Shown: positions 1 to 8,000 of the stretch, in pieces | How positions within the stretch are numbered: position 1 is the stretch's first letter | How the letters are laid out: every line of letters begins with the position of its first letter | NCBI GenBank assembly: GCA_036336835.1 | Contig: JAYZFK010000031.1 | Span: 1-43,636 of the forward strand | Origin: Myxococcota bacterium | GTDB lineage: Bacteria; Myxococcota_A; UBA9160; UBA4427 | Direction of reading: 5' to 3' | DNA length: 43,636 nucleotides | The notes under the pieces: model-generated | What the model was told of the DNA's origin: nothing | Seen by the model: only the letters and a program-made list of their open reading frames with translations | Database searches by the model: none | Position numbers and translations under genes: made by a program

Positions 1-63
1 CGGGCCCGCCAGCCGATGAGCCGGGAGAAGGTAGCCGCCGCAATTTCGGAGAACGCCACGACG

Positions 64-750
64 ATGCAACGGAACGCCTCGACTTGGATCCTGACCTTTC
101 TCCTCGTCTGCCCCGCCGGGCTCGCCCGCGCGGGGGTGCACACCTGGGACGTGAACGAAGTCTTCAGTGATTCCAGCGGAACGATCCAGTACGTCGAGCT
201 GTGGGAGGCGCCGACGCTGCCCAACGGCGAAACCGGCGTGGTCGGGCAGACCATGACGAGCGGCTTGACCAGTTTCGTCATCGCCGGGGTACCCCTCACG
301 GGCTCGACGGCCGACACGTACTATCTGATGGCTACCGCCGCCTTCGCTGCGCTCCCGGGCGCACCGACGCCGGATGCGATCATCCCGTCTGGCAGCATCC
401 CGTTCTTCGATACCGCCGGAGACACAGTCGCCTTTGGCGGTTTCGACACCTGGATCTTTGGCGCGGTGCCAACCGACGGCGTCAATTCTCTCAAGCGCGG
501 GCTGGATGGCGAGCCCGCGGGTTCCGGCACCAACTCGCCGACCAACTTCGCCGGCGCGACGGGCTCGGTCACCGTGCCGCCACCGCCCAGTGTGCCGTCG
601 TCGACTTGGTCCACCCAGCTGCTGATGCTGACGATGCTGCTGACCGCAGGGATCGTCACCGTGCGGCGGCTGGACACGGCGTCGCGCCTCCGGCTCGCCG
701 TGCGCTCAGCACCGGCAGACACCCGCGGGCCCCGGGATCGGGCTCCGTGA
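64..750 (+). CDS. Secreted protein with IPTL/PEP-CTERM-like C-terminal sorting signal
   Basis: Signal peptide MQRNASTWILTFLLVCPAGLARA (ATG 64; alternative ATG 16). Pro/Ser linker, then VPSSTW, a hydrophobic helix and RR near the C-terminus. Confidence 0.65.
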   Translation: MQRNASTWILTFLLVCPAGLARAGVHTWDVNEVFSDSSGTIQYVELWEAPTLPNGETGVVGQTMTSGLTSFVIAGVPLTGSTADTYYLMATAAFAALPGAPTPDAIIPSGSIPFFDTAGDTVAFGGFDTWIFGAVPTDGVNSLKRGLDGEPAGSGTNSPTNFAGATGSVTVPPPPSVPSSTWSTQLLMLTMLLTAGIVTVRRLDTASRLRLAVRSAPADTRGPRDRAP

Positions 751-902
751 CGACCCGCGCGCCCGGCGCCGTCTACTTCCCCTAACGCACGGCGGGCTCC
801 GTCTCGACGCGGCCCGCACCCCCGCACCGCAATGGTCCCACGCCTCCGGCTGGGCCACCAGCCGCCTGCGCGCGTCCGACTTCGCTTGCGCGACGAATCG
901 GG

Positions 903-929
903 TCACACTCTCCGGTGCGCTGCGACTCT
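903..929 (+). promoter_or_regulatory. Possible ECF-type promoter (GTCAC-N16-CGACTC) upstream of the ECF sigma gene
   Basis: GTCAC actctccggtgcgctg CGACTC about 185 nt upstream of the sigma start. Resembles ECF -35/-10 spacing; not verified. Confidence 0.25.
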
Positions 930-1114
930 TTCTGATGAAGGCCATGACACCCGGCGCTCGCCAACCCGATCCTCGCCAGAGCCCGAACCGGGAGCCACGA
1001 AAGGAGCGCAATCGTGTGGAGCCCCGGCCCGAACGACCCGAGTGACGCACTGCGCCCGGGCGACCCCAGGTCGTCGAACGAGACGATGGGCGGACTGCCC
1101 GGAGCGGAGCTTTG

Positions 1115-2248
1115 ATGGCCGCTCATGTCGAAGCCGTCCTGGTTCCGGACGTCGAGCTGGCGAGACAGGGGGACGTCGCAGCGTTCTCGCGCCTCGTCGA
1201 GCGGACGTCATCGATGGTCTGTGGCGTGGCCTTCGCCATCGTTCGCGACATCGCGGCGAGCGAAGACATCGCGCAGGAGGTGTTCCTGTCCGTCTGGAAG
1301 GGCCTCGGACGGCTCCAGAACCCCAGGAGCTTCCTTCCCTGGCTGCGCCAGATGACGCGCAATCAGGCCAACAGCTGGCTGCGGAAGGTCTACTCGCGCC
1401 GCGCCCACGATCATGCTGGCGAGGAGCTGCTGGCTGCGGTCGCCGACCCGCGGCCGGCGGCCGACCTGGCACTCGAGCAGAAGGAGGAGCTCGAGCTGGT
1501 TGCCCGGACGCTGGAGGAAATTCCGGGCGAGGCCCGCGAGGTTCTGGTGCTGTACTACCGCGAGGGGCGCTCCACCACTCAGGTGGCGGAGCTGCTCGGT
1601 CTCTCGGAGGGCGCCGTGCGCAAGCGTCTTTCGCGAGCGCGCGGCCACATCCGCGCCGAGCTGGCCCAGCGCGTCGGGAGCGGCCTCGAGCGCAGCGCGC
1701 CCGGCGCAGCGCTCGTAACTACGGTCGTGACATCCCTGACCACCGCGCCAGCGCCGGCCAGTGCGGTGGGCGGAGCCGCTGCCGGCACTGGCGTCGTCGC
1801 GGGCCTGAAGCTGGGCGGCCTGGCCGGCCCGCTCGGCGCCCTGGCCGGGGTGGCGTCGAGCATTGGCGGAGTCGTGGTCGGTCTTCGTTCGGAGCTCGGA
1901 GAGGCGATCGATGAGCGGGAACGACGCCAGCTGCGCCGTCTTCGCGCGGTCGCGATCGCGACCGTGGTCGCGTCTGGCCTCGGCATGCTGTGGAGCGCTC
2001 GATTCGGTCACTGGCTGCCGCCCACGGCAGTGTTCCTCGGCTTCGTCGTGGCCCTGGGACTGCTCTACGGCCTGTGGCTCCCGCGCATCACGCGACGCAG
2101 GCGGCAGCACCAGCGGGCAACCGATCCGGAGGCTCCGGCCCGCCATCGGCGGCGGCGTCTCGTGGCGCTCGTCGCGTCGGTCGCCGGGACGTTGATGGGC
2201 GGTCTCGGGCTACTCGCCGGCTTGTGGCTGGGCGGCTTTCTCGGATGA
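1115..2248 (+). CDS. ECF RNA polymerase sigma-70 factor with C-terminal transmembrane extension
   Basis: Region 2 (GDVAAFSRLV...SEDIAQEVFLSVW...WLRQMTRN) and region 4 HTH (REVLVLYYREGRSTTQVAELLGLSEGAVRKRLSRAR), followed by an Ala/Gly linker and about 4 hydrophobic helices. Confidence 0.9.
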   Translation: MAAHVEAVLVPDVELARQGDVAAFSRLVERTSSMVCGVAFAIVRDIAASEDIAQEVFLSVWKGLGRLQNPRSFLPWLRQMTRNQANSWLRKVYSRRAHDHAGEELLAAVADPRPAADLALEQKEELELVARTLEEIPGEAREVLVLYYREGRSTTQVAELLGLSEGAVRKRLSRARGHIRAELAQRVGSGLERSAPGAALVTTVVTSLTTAPAPASAVGGAAAGTGVVAGLKLGGLAGPLGALAGVASSIGGVVVGLRSELGEAIDERERRQLRRLRAVAIATVVASGLGMLWSARFGHWLPPTAVFLGFVVALGLLYGLWLPRITRRRRQHQRATDPEAPARHRRRRLVALVASVAGTLMGGLGLLAGLWLGGFLG

Positions 2249-2383
2249 CGCGTCGCCGAGTACGACTCGTCCTTCGCCCGCGACGTTCGTCATACTGAGC
2301 CCCTCGCCGCCGCGTCGAGGCGGCCGAGCTCGGGGCGCGACACGGCTTGGCAGTGCTCGCGACTCTCGTAGGAGACGGTGAGC

Positions 2384-3034
2384 ATGGCCGGCGATCACCG
2401 AGCCGGGCAGACGATCAGCCGACGGGAACAGGGAGTCGCCCTTCTCCTCTGCGCTCTGCTCGGTGGCGCTGGCCTGGGGATCGCCGTGCTGACGGGCGGG
2501 CTCCTCGCCTGCATCCTGGCGCTGTTCCTGTTGCTCGGGGTGCGGCTGCATCTTCGACCGCGCTCGGGCAACCTCAGGCTGGTCGCAAAGGCGTTCGGCT
2601 GCTTCTGCGCCCTGACGTTGCTGCTCGGCATCGGCATGGTCGCCCTGTGGGAGTCGGGCGAGGTGATCGTCCTTCGTCAGCAGGACGAGCGCGGAGAGAT
2701 GTTCTCCACGCGCATCTGGATCGTCGATTTCGACGGACATCCGAGCTTCGCCGCTCGGCCGCCAGACTCGCAGCGGCGCATCGCCCTGCTTCGGGCGCAC
2801 CCGACTGTCGAGTTCGTGCGCGCCGGACGCGCCGAGTGTCGCAAGGCTGTGCTCTTGCCGGCCCCCGACGAGGTCCGCGATCGCATCCTCGAGCGGTACA
2901 CCGAGAAGTACGGCCTGCGGGCATACGTCGCGGGCCGGCTCGTCGGCGTGCTGCTAGGCGGGCGCCCGGGGCCCGACGAGCGTGAAATCCTGATCCAGCT
3001 CGAGCCTTGCGAGAGACGACCCGTGGGCGGGTAG
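2384..3034 (+). CDS. Membrane-anchored protein with probable split-barrel flavin/deazaflavin-binding (DUF2255/nitroreductase-like) domain
   Basis: Three N-terminal hydrophobic segments, then EVIVL...STRIWIVDFDG...LRAHPTVEFVRAG...YTEKYG, resembling DDN/DUF2255-like proteins. GGAG upstream. Confidence 0.5.
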   Translation: MAGDHRAGQTISRREQGVALLLCALLGGAGLGIAVLTGGLLACILALFLLLGVRLHLRPRSGNLRLVAKAFGCFCALTLLLGIGMVALWESGEVIVLRQQDERGEMFSTRIWIVDFDGHPSFAARPPDSQRRIALLRAHPTVEFVRAGRAECRKAVLLPAPDEVRDRILERYTEKYGLRAYVAGRLVGVLLGGRPGPDEREILIQLEPCERRPVGG

Positions 3035-3152
3035 CCACTGCCTAACAATCACGGTCAGGGGACTGGTCGGATCCCTCGGCTATCGGTACTCCACCCAGCT
3101 GCGAGAGCTCGAACCTGCCGAGAGCGCACGTACCCTAGAGCGCGCGCCGAGG

Positions 3153-4424
3153 TCAGACGACTCCCTGCTCGCGCAGCGTGTCGAGCTCCTCGTCCGAGAC
3201 GCCCAGGCTGCCCCACACCTCTGCGTTGTGCTCGCCCACGTGGGGAGCGCGGCGCTGGATCTTCCACGCGGTTCGGTCGAAGCGGTAGGGCGCTCCGGGA
3301 TAGGTATAGGTCCGGCCCAGCTCCTCGTGCTCGACCTGCACGGCGAAGCCGCGCGCGCGGTGGTGGGGATCGTCGAGGGCCTCCTCGGGCGAATAGATGA
3401 CGCCGATTGGGATGCCGCGCTGCTGCGCACCGACGAACAGCTCGTAGGCCGGCAGCTGCTCGGAGAGGAACGTCAGGGCCGCACGGCCCGCCTGGATCAG
3501 GTGCCGAAGCTCGGGATCGTTGCGGGCCCGCATCGCATCGATCGAGTCGCGGGCCGCGGCTTCACGCAGCGCGTCCATGGACGGGAAGTCCTCGGCCAGT
3601 CCCGCGGAGTCGAGCCACTCGGCCAGCGCCGCGTAGTCCCGCGGGCTCCGCAGCCCCACTCCCGTGTTCGCATGACGCCCGTCGGCGCACCGAGCCTGCG
3701 ACGGGGGGCCGGCCATGGGCATGGCGTGACGGCCGGTCTGGCGCTGCACGATCGACTGATCGACGAGGTAGTGATAGCTACCGGCCTCGGTGGTGACGTT
3801 GGCGGCCGCGTGCAGGTTCACATCGACGTGCTGTCCGCGGCCCGACTCCTCACGTGCGAGCAGTGCGACCAACAGCGAGATCACCGCGTAGTGCGCGCCG
3901 GTATGGAACGCCTGGTTGCCGCCGCCGCGCACCGGCGGCAGGCTGTGATCGTCGTAGCCGCAGCTCCACACGGGACCTCCGCTGGCCAGCAGCGTCAAAT
4001 CCGTCGCCTGCTCCGCGCTGCGCGGCCCGCTGGGCCCGAACGGCGTGATCGACACGCTGATCAACCGCTCGTTGCCCGCGCGCAGCGCCGCCAGGTCGAT
4101 TCCCAGGGAGACGAGCTGTCCGGGGTCCTCGCCTTCGAGCAGCACGTCGGCTCCGGCGGCCAGACGGGCGACCAGCTCGCGTCCGCGCGGCGCATCCATG
4201 CGCGCGGTGACGCCTCGCTTGCTGGTGTTGTAGTGCCACCAGTACAGGCTGCGCTCGGCACCGGGACGGTCCTCCAGAAAGGGATCGTAGGCGCGCGTCG
4301 CGTGGCCTCCGGGCGGCTCGACGACGATGACGTCGGCACCCATGTCGGCGAGTAGCTTGCCCGCGAAGCTGGTGCGCTCGTGGGCGAGCTCGATCACCCG
4401 AACGCCCGCCAGGGCTCCGCTCAT
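3153..4424 (-). CDS. Family III CoA-transferase (CaiB/BaiF), BbsE-like subunit apparently lacking the catalytic Asp
   Basis: ALAGVRVIEL...GKLLADMGADVIVVEPPGG, NTSKRG, APHVGEHN. ATG 4424 overlaps the upstream stop (ATGA). Confidence 0.88.
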   Translation of the reverse strand: MSGALAGVRVIELAHERTSFAGKLLADMGADVIVVEPPGGHATRAYDPFLEDRPGAERSLYWWHYNTSKRGVTARMDAPRGRELVARLAAGADVLLEGEDPGQLVSLGIDLAALRAGNERLISVSITPFGPSGPRSAEQATDLTLLASGGPVWSCGYDDHSLPPVRGGGNQAFHTGAHYAVISLLVALLAREESGRGQHVDVNLHAAANVTTEAGSYHYLVDQSIVQRQTGRHAMPMAGPPSQARCADGRHANTGVGLRSPRDYAALAEWLDSAGLAEDFPSMDALREAAARDSIDAMRARNDPELRHLIQAGRAALTFLSEQLPAYELFVGAQQRGIPIGVIYSPEEALDDPHHRARGFAVQVEHEELGRTYTYPGAPYRFDRTAWKIQRRAPHVGEHNAEVWGSLGVSDEELDTLREQGVV

Positions 4425-5659
4425 ATCACGCCCTCGTCCCGCAGCGCTGCGATCTCGGCGGCGTCGAGCCCCAGCAGCTCGCCGTAGATCTGCTCGTTGT
4501 GCTGACCGAGCAGCGGACCACCGTGGCTGAAGTCCCAATCGGTTTCGGACAGGTGAACTGGCAGCCCGTCGATCCGTTGCTTGCCGATCACCGGGTGCGT
4601 GACCTCGGGCCACAGGCCCCAGGCTCGCGTATTGGCGTCGTGATCGACCCGCTCGGGTGGGGTCTGGACCGCTGCGGCGGGGACGCCCGCCGCCTGCAGC
4701 CGCGCCTGCAGCGCGAACTTGTCACTGCGACGCGTCCAGCCGGCCAGCTGCTCGTCGAGCGAGTCCTCCGAGGCAATGCGTCCGTCGAGATCCGCAAAGC
4801 GGCCCTCCCCGGTCCATTCCTCTCCCACCACCTTGGCGAGCGCCGTCCAGTCGGCGTCGTCGCGACAGGCAATGGCGACCCAGGCGTCCTCGCCCTGGGC
4901 GGGATAGATCCCGTGCGGAGCCATCCGCGGCCACTGGCTGCGGTTGCTATGCGGCATGCCCTCGCGCCGCAGCGGACGACCGTTGACGGTGTAGTCGAGC
5001 AGTGCCGGCCCGTTCAGCGTGGTCCCGGCCTCGGTCATCGCGAGATCGATCCACTGGCCCTCGCCGGTGCGCTCGCGGTGGTAGAGCGCCATCAGCAGCG
5101 CCATCGCCATGTAATACGCGCCCGTGTGGTCCATGTAGGAGTAGCCCCAGCCCGCCGGCGGCTGGTCGCGCAGCCCGGACGTGAACGTCAGCCCGCTCAT
5201 CGCCTGCACGATCGGACCCCAGCTCTTGAAGCTCGCGTACGGCCCGCTGTGGCCGAAGCCGCAGTTCGATACGTAGACGATGTCGTCTCGGGCGGCGCGC
5301 AGCCGCTCGTAGTCGAAGCCGAGCCGCGCCATCACGCCTGCGGCGAAGTTCTCGCTGACGGCGTCGGAAACCGAGACGAGCTGGCGGAACAGCTGCTTGC
5401 CGCGCTCCGATTTGAGGTTGAGCGTGATGCCGAGCTTCTGGGCGTTGTGGTTGTTGAAGCCGCCACCTCGCTCGAGCCCGGGCTTGCCGTCCTTGTGGGG
5501 CGGCGCGCCGCGGATGACGTCCCAGCGTCCCTGATTGCTGGGATCCTCGATACGGATCACCTGCGCGCCGAACGCCGACAGGATGCGTGTCGCGCCCGCG
5601 CCGGCCAGCACACCGCCGAAGTCACAGATGCGAAAGCGAGCCAGCGCACCACCCGGCAT
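4421..5659 (-). CDS. Family III CoA-transferase (CaiB/BaiF), BbsF-like catalytic subunit
   Basis: GVLAGAGATRILSAFGAQVIRIE, ENFAAGVMARLG, GFGHSGPY, YMDHTGA (candidate catalytic Asp), PLLGQHN. Confidence 0.92.
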   Translation of the reverse strand: MPGGALARFRICDFGGVLAGAGATRILSAFGAQVIRIEDPSNQGRWDVIRGAPPHKDGKPGLERGGGFNNHNAQKLGITLNLKSERGKQLFRQLVSVSDAVSENFAAGVMARLGFDYERLRAARDDIVYVSNCGFGHSGPYASFKSWGPIVQAMSGLTFTSGLRDQPPAGWGYSYMDHTGAYYMAMALLMALYHRERTGEGQWIDLAMTEAGTTLNGPALLDYTVNGRPLRREGMPHSNRSQWPRMAPHGIYPAQGEDAWVAIACRDDADWTALAKVVGEEWTGEGRFADLDGRIASEDSLDEQLAGWTRRSDKFALQARLQAAGVPAAAVQTPPERVDHDANTRAWGLWPEVTHPVIGKQRIDGLPVHLSETDWDFSHGGPLLGQHNEQIYGELLGLDAAEIAALRDEGVI

Positions 5660-5857
5660 GGCTTCTCTCTACCACATCGGTCGGCTGGAAAACAGCGACG
5701 CAAGAGCGGCGGCATCGAAGATCTCGGAACCGGTCGCGTTAGTCGTCGCCGAGCGGCGCCCAAGCGCTCCGCAACGACATCGCGCAGCCGACGGACTCGG
5801 TTGCTGGAGCCGTGCCGGAAGGCGTATGCTGGAGCGTCTCAGCGCCCGCGAGAAGAT

Positions 5858-6751
5858 ATGTCCGCACCGCACCCCTCCCATGCACCCTTCGATGCCGCGG
5901 TCTTCTCTGGCGGCGGCTGCCATTGCATCTGGCAGGCCGGCTTCTGGAGCACCGCCGCGCCGCTGCTCGACCTGCGACCCGATGTGATCGCGGCGGTCAG
6001 CGGCGGAGCCGCCTTCGCCTGTGCCGCGCTGAGTGGTGAGGCCGAGCGCGTGATCGCCGACTTCAAGCGCCGCGTGCAGGCCAATCGCCGAAACGTGTAC
6101 TGGACCAACGCTCTGCGTAGCGCCCCGGTCTTTCCCCACGAAGCCATCTATCGGGGAGTCATCGCCGACCACCTCAGCGAGGACGGGCTCCGGCGAGTGC
6201 ACGAGGGACCCGACCTGAGAATTCTTCTCGCTCGTCCTCCCGCGTGGCTGGGGACTCGATCGGGAGTGCTCACTGCAGCACTCGCCCACCTGCTGGACCG
6301 ACGCGAGCAACGGCCTCGGCCGCGCTGGAGTCGCCGCGCTGGCTTCCAGGCTGAGCTCGTCTCCGCTCGCAGCTGTCGCACGCCGGCAGAGCTGGTCGAG
6401 CTCATCCTCCAGTCATCGTGCATTCCACTGCTGTTTCCCGTCTGTCGGCGAGGCGGCCGCATCACCCTGGACGGCAGCCTGCTCGACAATACGCCCGTTC
6501 GAGCCGTCGACTCGGCGTCCTCGGTGCTGGTGCTGCTGAGCCATCGAGTTCCCGATGCGAGGATTCCGAGTATCCCGGGGCATACCTACGTGCAGCCATC
6601 GCGCGAGCTGCCCATCGCGCGCTGGGACTACACGAGCCCCGGTCTCGCCCAGGAGACCTTCGATCTGGGGAGATGGGACGGGGAGAGGTTTGCGCGCACG
6701 CAGAGTGCCGCGGCGCCTGCTCCGACGCGGACGATCTCGGCCGCCTCCTAG
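5858..6751 (+). CDS. Patatin-like phospholipase family protein
   Basis: VFSGGGCHCIWQAG Gly-rich loop, AVSGG nucleophile elbow, SSCIP, LDGSLLDNTP. The real start is ATG 5858 inside the longer 4499-6751 frame. Confidence 0.8.
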   Translation: MSAPHPSHAPFDAAVFSGGGCHCIWQAGFWSTAAPLLDLRPDVIAAVSGGAAFACAALSGEAERVIADFKRRVQANRRNVYWTNALRSAPVFPHEAIYRGVIADHLSEDGLRRVHEGPDLRILLARPPAWLGTRSGVLTAALAHLLDRREQRPRPRWSRRAGFQAELVSARSCRTPAELVELILQSSCIPLLFPVCRRGGRITLDGSLLDNTPVRAVDSASSVLVLLSHRVPDARIPSIPGHTYVQPSRELPIARWDYTSPGLAQETFDLGRWDGERFARTQSAAAPAPTRTISAAS

Positions 6752-6804
6752 CCAGCTTCGCGAAGACGGCGCTCTTCGATCCGTCTGCACCGGGCTCAGA
6801 GGGG

Positions 6805-7689
6805 CTACCGATAGCTAAAGCCGCCGTCCGGGGGAAGCGACACTTCGAGTCCCTCTCGGGCGAGCACGGTGCCCTCGCGCGCCGCGCCGGCCGCCTCTGC
6901 CACCTCGTCGAGGAACTCATCGTCGTGGTTCGGATCGTGATGCGTCACGATCAGGCGCCCCACGTTCGCCGCATTGCACAGACGAACGGCCTCCTGCCAG
7001 GTGGAGTGTCCCCATCCGACGTAGCGCGGAAACTCTTCATCTGTGAAGGTGCAATCGTAGACCATCAAATCGGCACCCTCGATCAGCTCGAGGATCCGTT
7101 GGTCCGGCTCCCCGGGAACATGCTCGGTGTCCGTGACATAGCAAAAGGAACGACCCTGATAGTCGAATCGGTATCCCGTTGCACCGTTGGGATGATTCAA
7201 CCTGGCCGTGCGAACCACGATGTCGTCCCCCAGCTCGAACGAGGAGCCGGAGAGGAAACAGCGATAGTCCACCTTTGCCGAGAATACGCTGGGTGGAATC
7301 GGAAACAGCGGGGCCGCCATGTAGTCGTGAAGCACTTCTTCGAGCGTACGCTCGTAACCCTGGTTTCCCGCGTGGATCCGGATATCGCTCTCTGGATCGA
7401 ACAGTGGCCCGAAGAAGGGGATTCCCTGGATGTGATCGACATGGGTGTGCGTCAGGAAGATGTCGACATCCAGGGGGGTATCGAGGGCTACGCCAAGCCG
7501 TCGCAGCCCAGTGCCTGCATCCAGGATGACCAGCCGGTCACCGAGTCGCAGCTCGATGCACGACGTGTTTCCACCGTACCGGCAGTAGTCGCCCCCCCCA
7601 CACGCGATCGACCCCCGGACCCCCCAGAATCGTACGCGCAACCCGCTGACGCTCACCGCCTCTCCCACCGTCGCCAGTTTATCACTCAC
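6805..7689 (-). CDS. MBL-fold metallo-hydrolase (RNase Z/phosphodiesterase-like)
   Basis: FWGVRGS, YGGNTSC, LDAGTG, THTHVDHIQG (HxHxDH), HPNG, TDTEH, GWGHST, HHDP. Confidence 0.9.
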   Translation of the reverse strand: MSDKLATVGEAVSVSGLRVRFWGVRGSIACGGGDYCRYGGNTSCIELRLGDRLVILDAGTGLRRLGVALDTPLDVDIFLTHTHVDHIQGIPFFGPLFDPESDIRIHAGNQGYERTLEEVLHDYMAAPLFPIPPSVFSAKVDYRCFLSGSSFELGDDIVVRTARLNHPNGATGYRFDYQGRSFCYVTDTEHVPGEPDQRILELIEGADLMVYDCTFTDEEFPRYVGWGHSTWQEAVRLCNAANVGRLIVTHHDPNHDDEFLDEVAEAAGAAREGTVLAREGLEVSLPPDGGFSYR

Positions 7690-7955
7690 GAACCTGTCGC
7701 GCGTGGCGAGGGTCGGCCCGCGTCCTTCGCCCGGGCCACCAGTTCGGCGGGCGCTACGGGAGCAGCGAACAGCTCATCCGGATGGAGAGAGTCATCCATC
7801 GGGAGATCCTTCCGGGGCGCGGCAGTTCACGACTCTACTCCGCGTGTCGAGATCCTCCACGCCAGACGAGAGCCTTCTGTTGACGATGCGCCGATCGCGC
7901 TCGCGCTGCGCCGGCGAGCGAGCCGTTGCTGCGAATCGACAGCGGCCTGGTTCGA

Positions 7956-7985
7956 TTGACCTCGGGTTCCGCGCGGCGGCATACT
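7956..7985 (+). promoter_or_regulatory. Putative sigma70 promoter (TTGACC-N18-CATACT)
   Basis: -35 at 7956-7961 and -10 at 7980-7985, 15 nt before ATG 8001, with a GAGAGG RBS. Confidence 0.5.
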
Positions 7986-8000
7986 CCCGAGAGGCTCTGC

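Noticed and set aside
932..1010. Hammerhead ribozyme-like core (CTGATGA...CGAAA)
   Set aside because: I could not build stem II flush to the core, or a stem III with a UH cleavage site.
4499..5857. N-terminal 453 aa of the 750-aa ORF 4499-6751
   Set aside because: Antisense shadow of the CoA-transferase; only the patatin part from ATG 5858 looks real.
5858..7689. Patatin + MBL hydrolase as an anti-phage (CBASS-like) system
   Set aside because: The genes are convergent, and there is no cyclase or other defence gene nearby.
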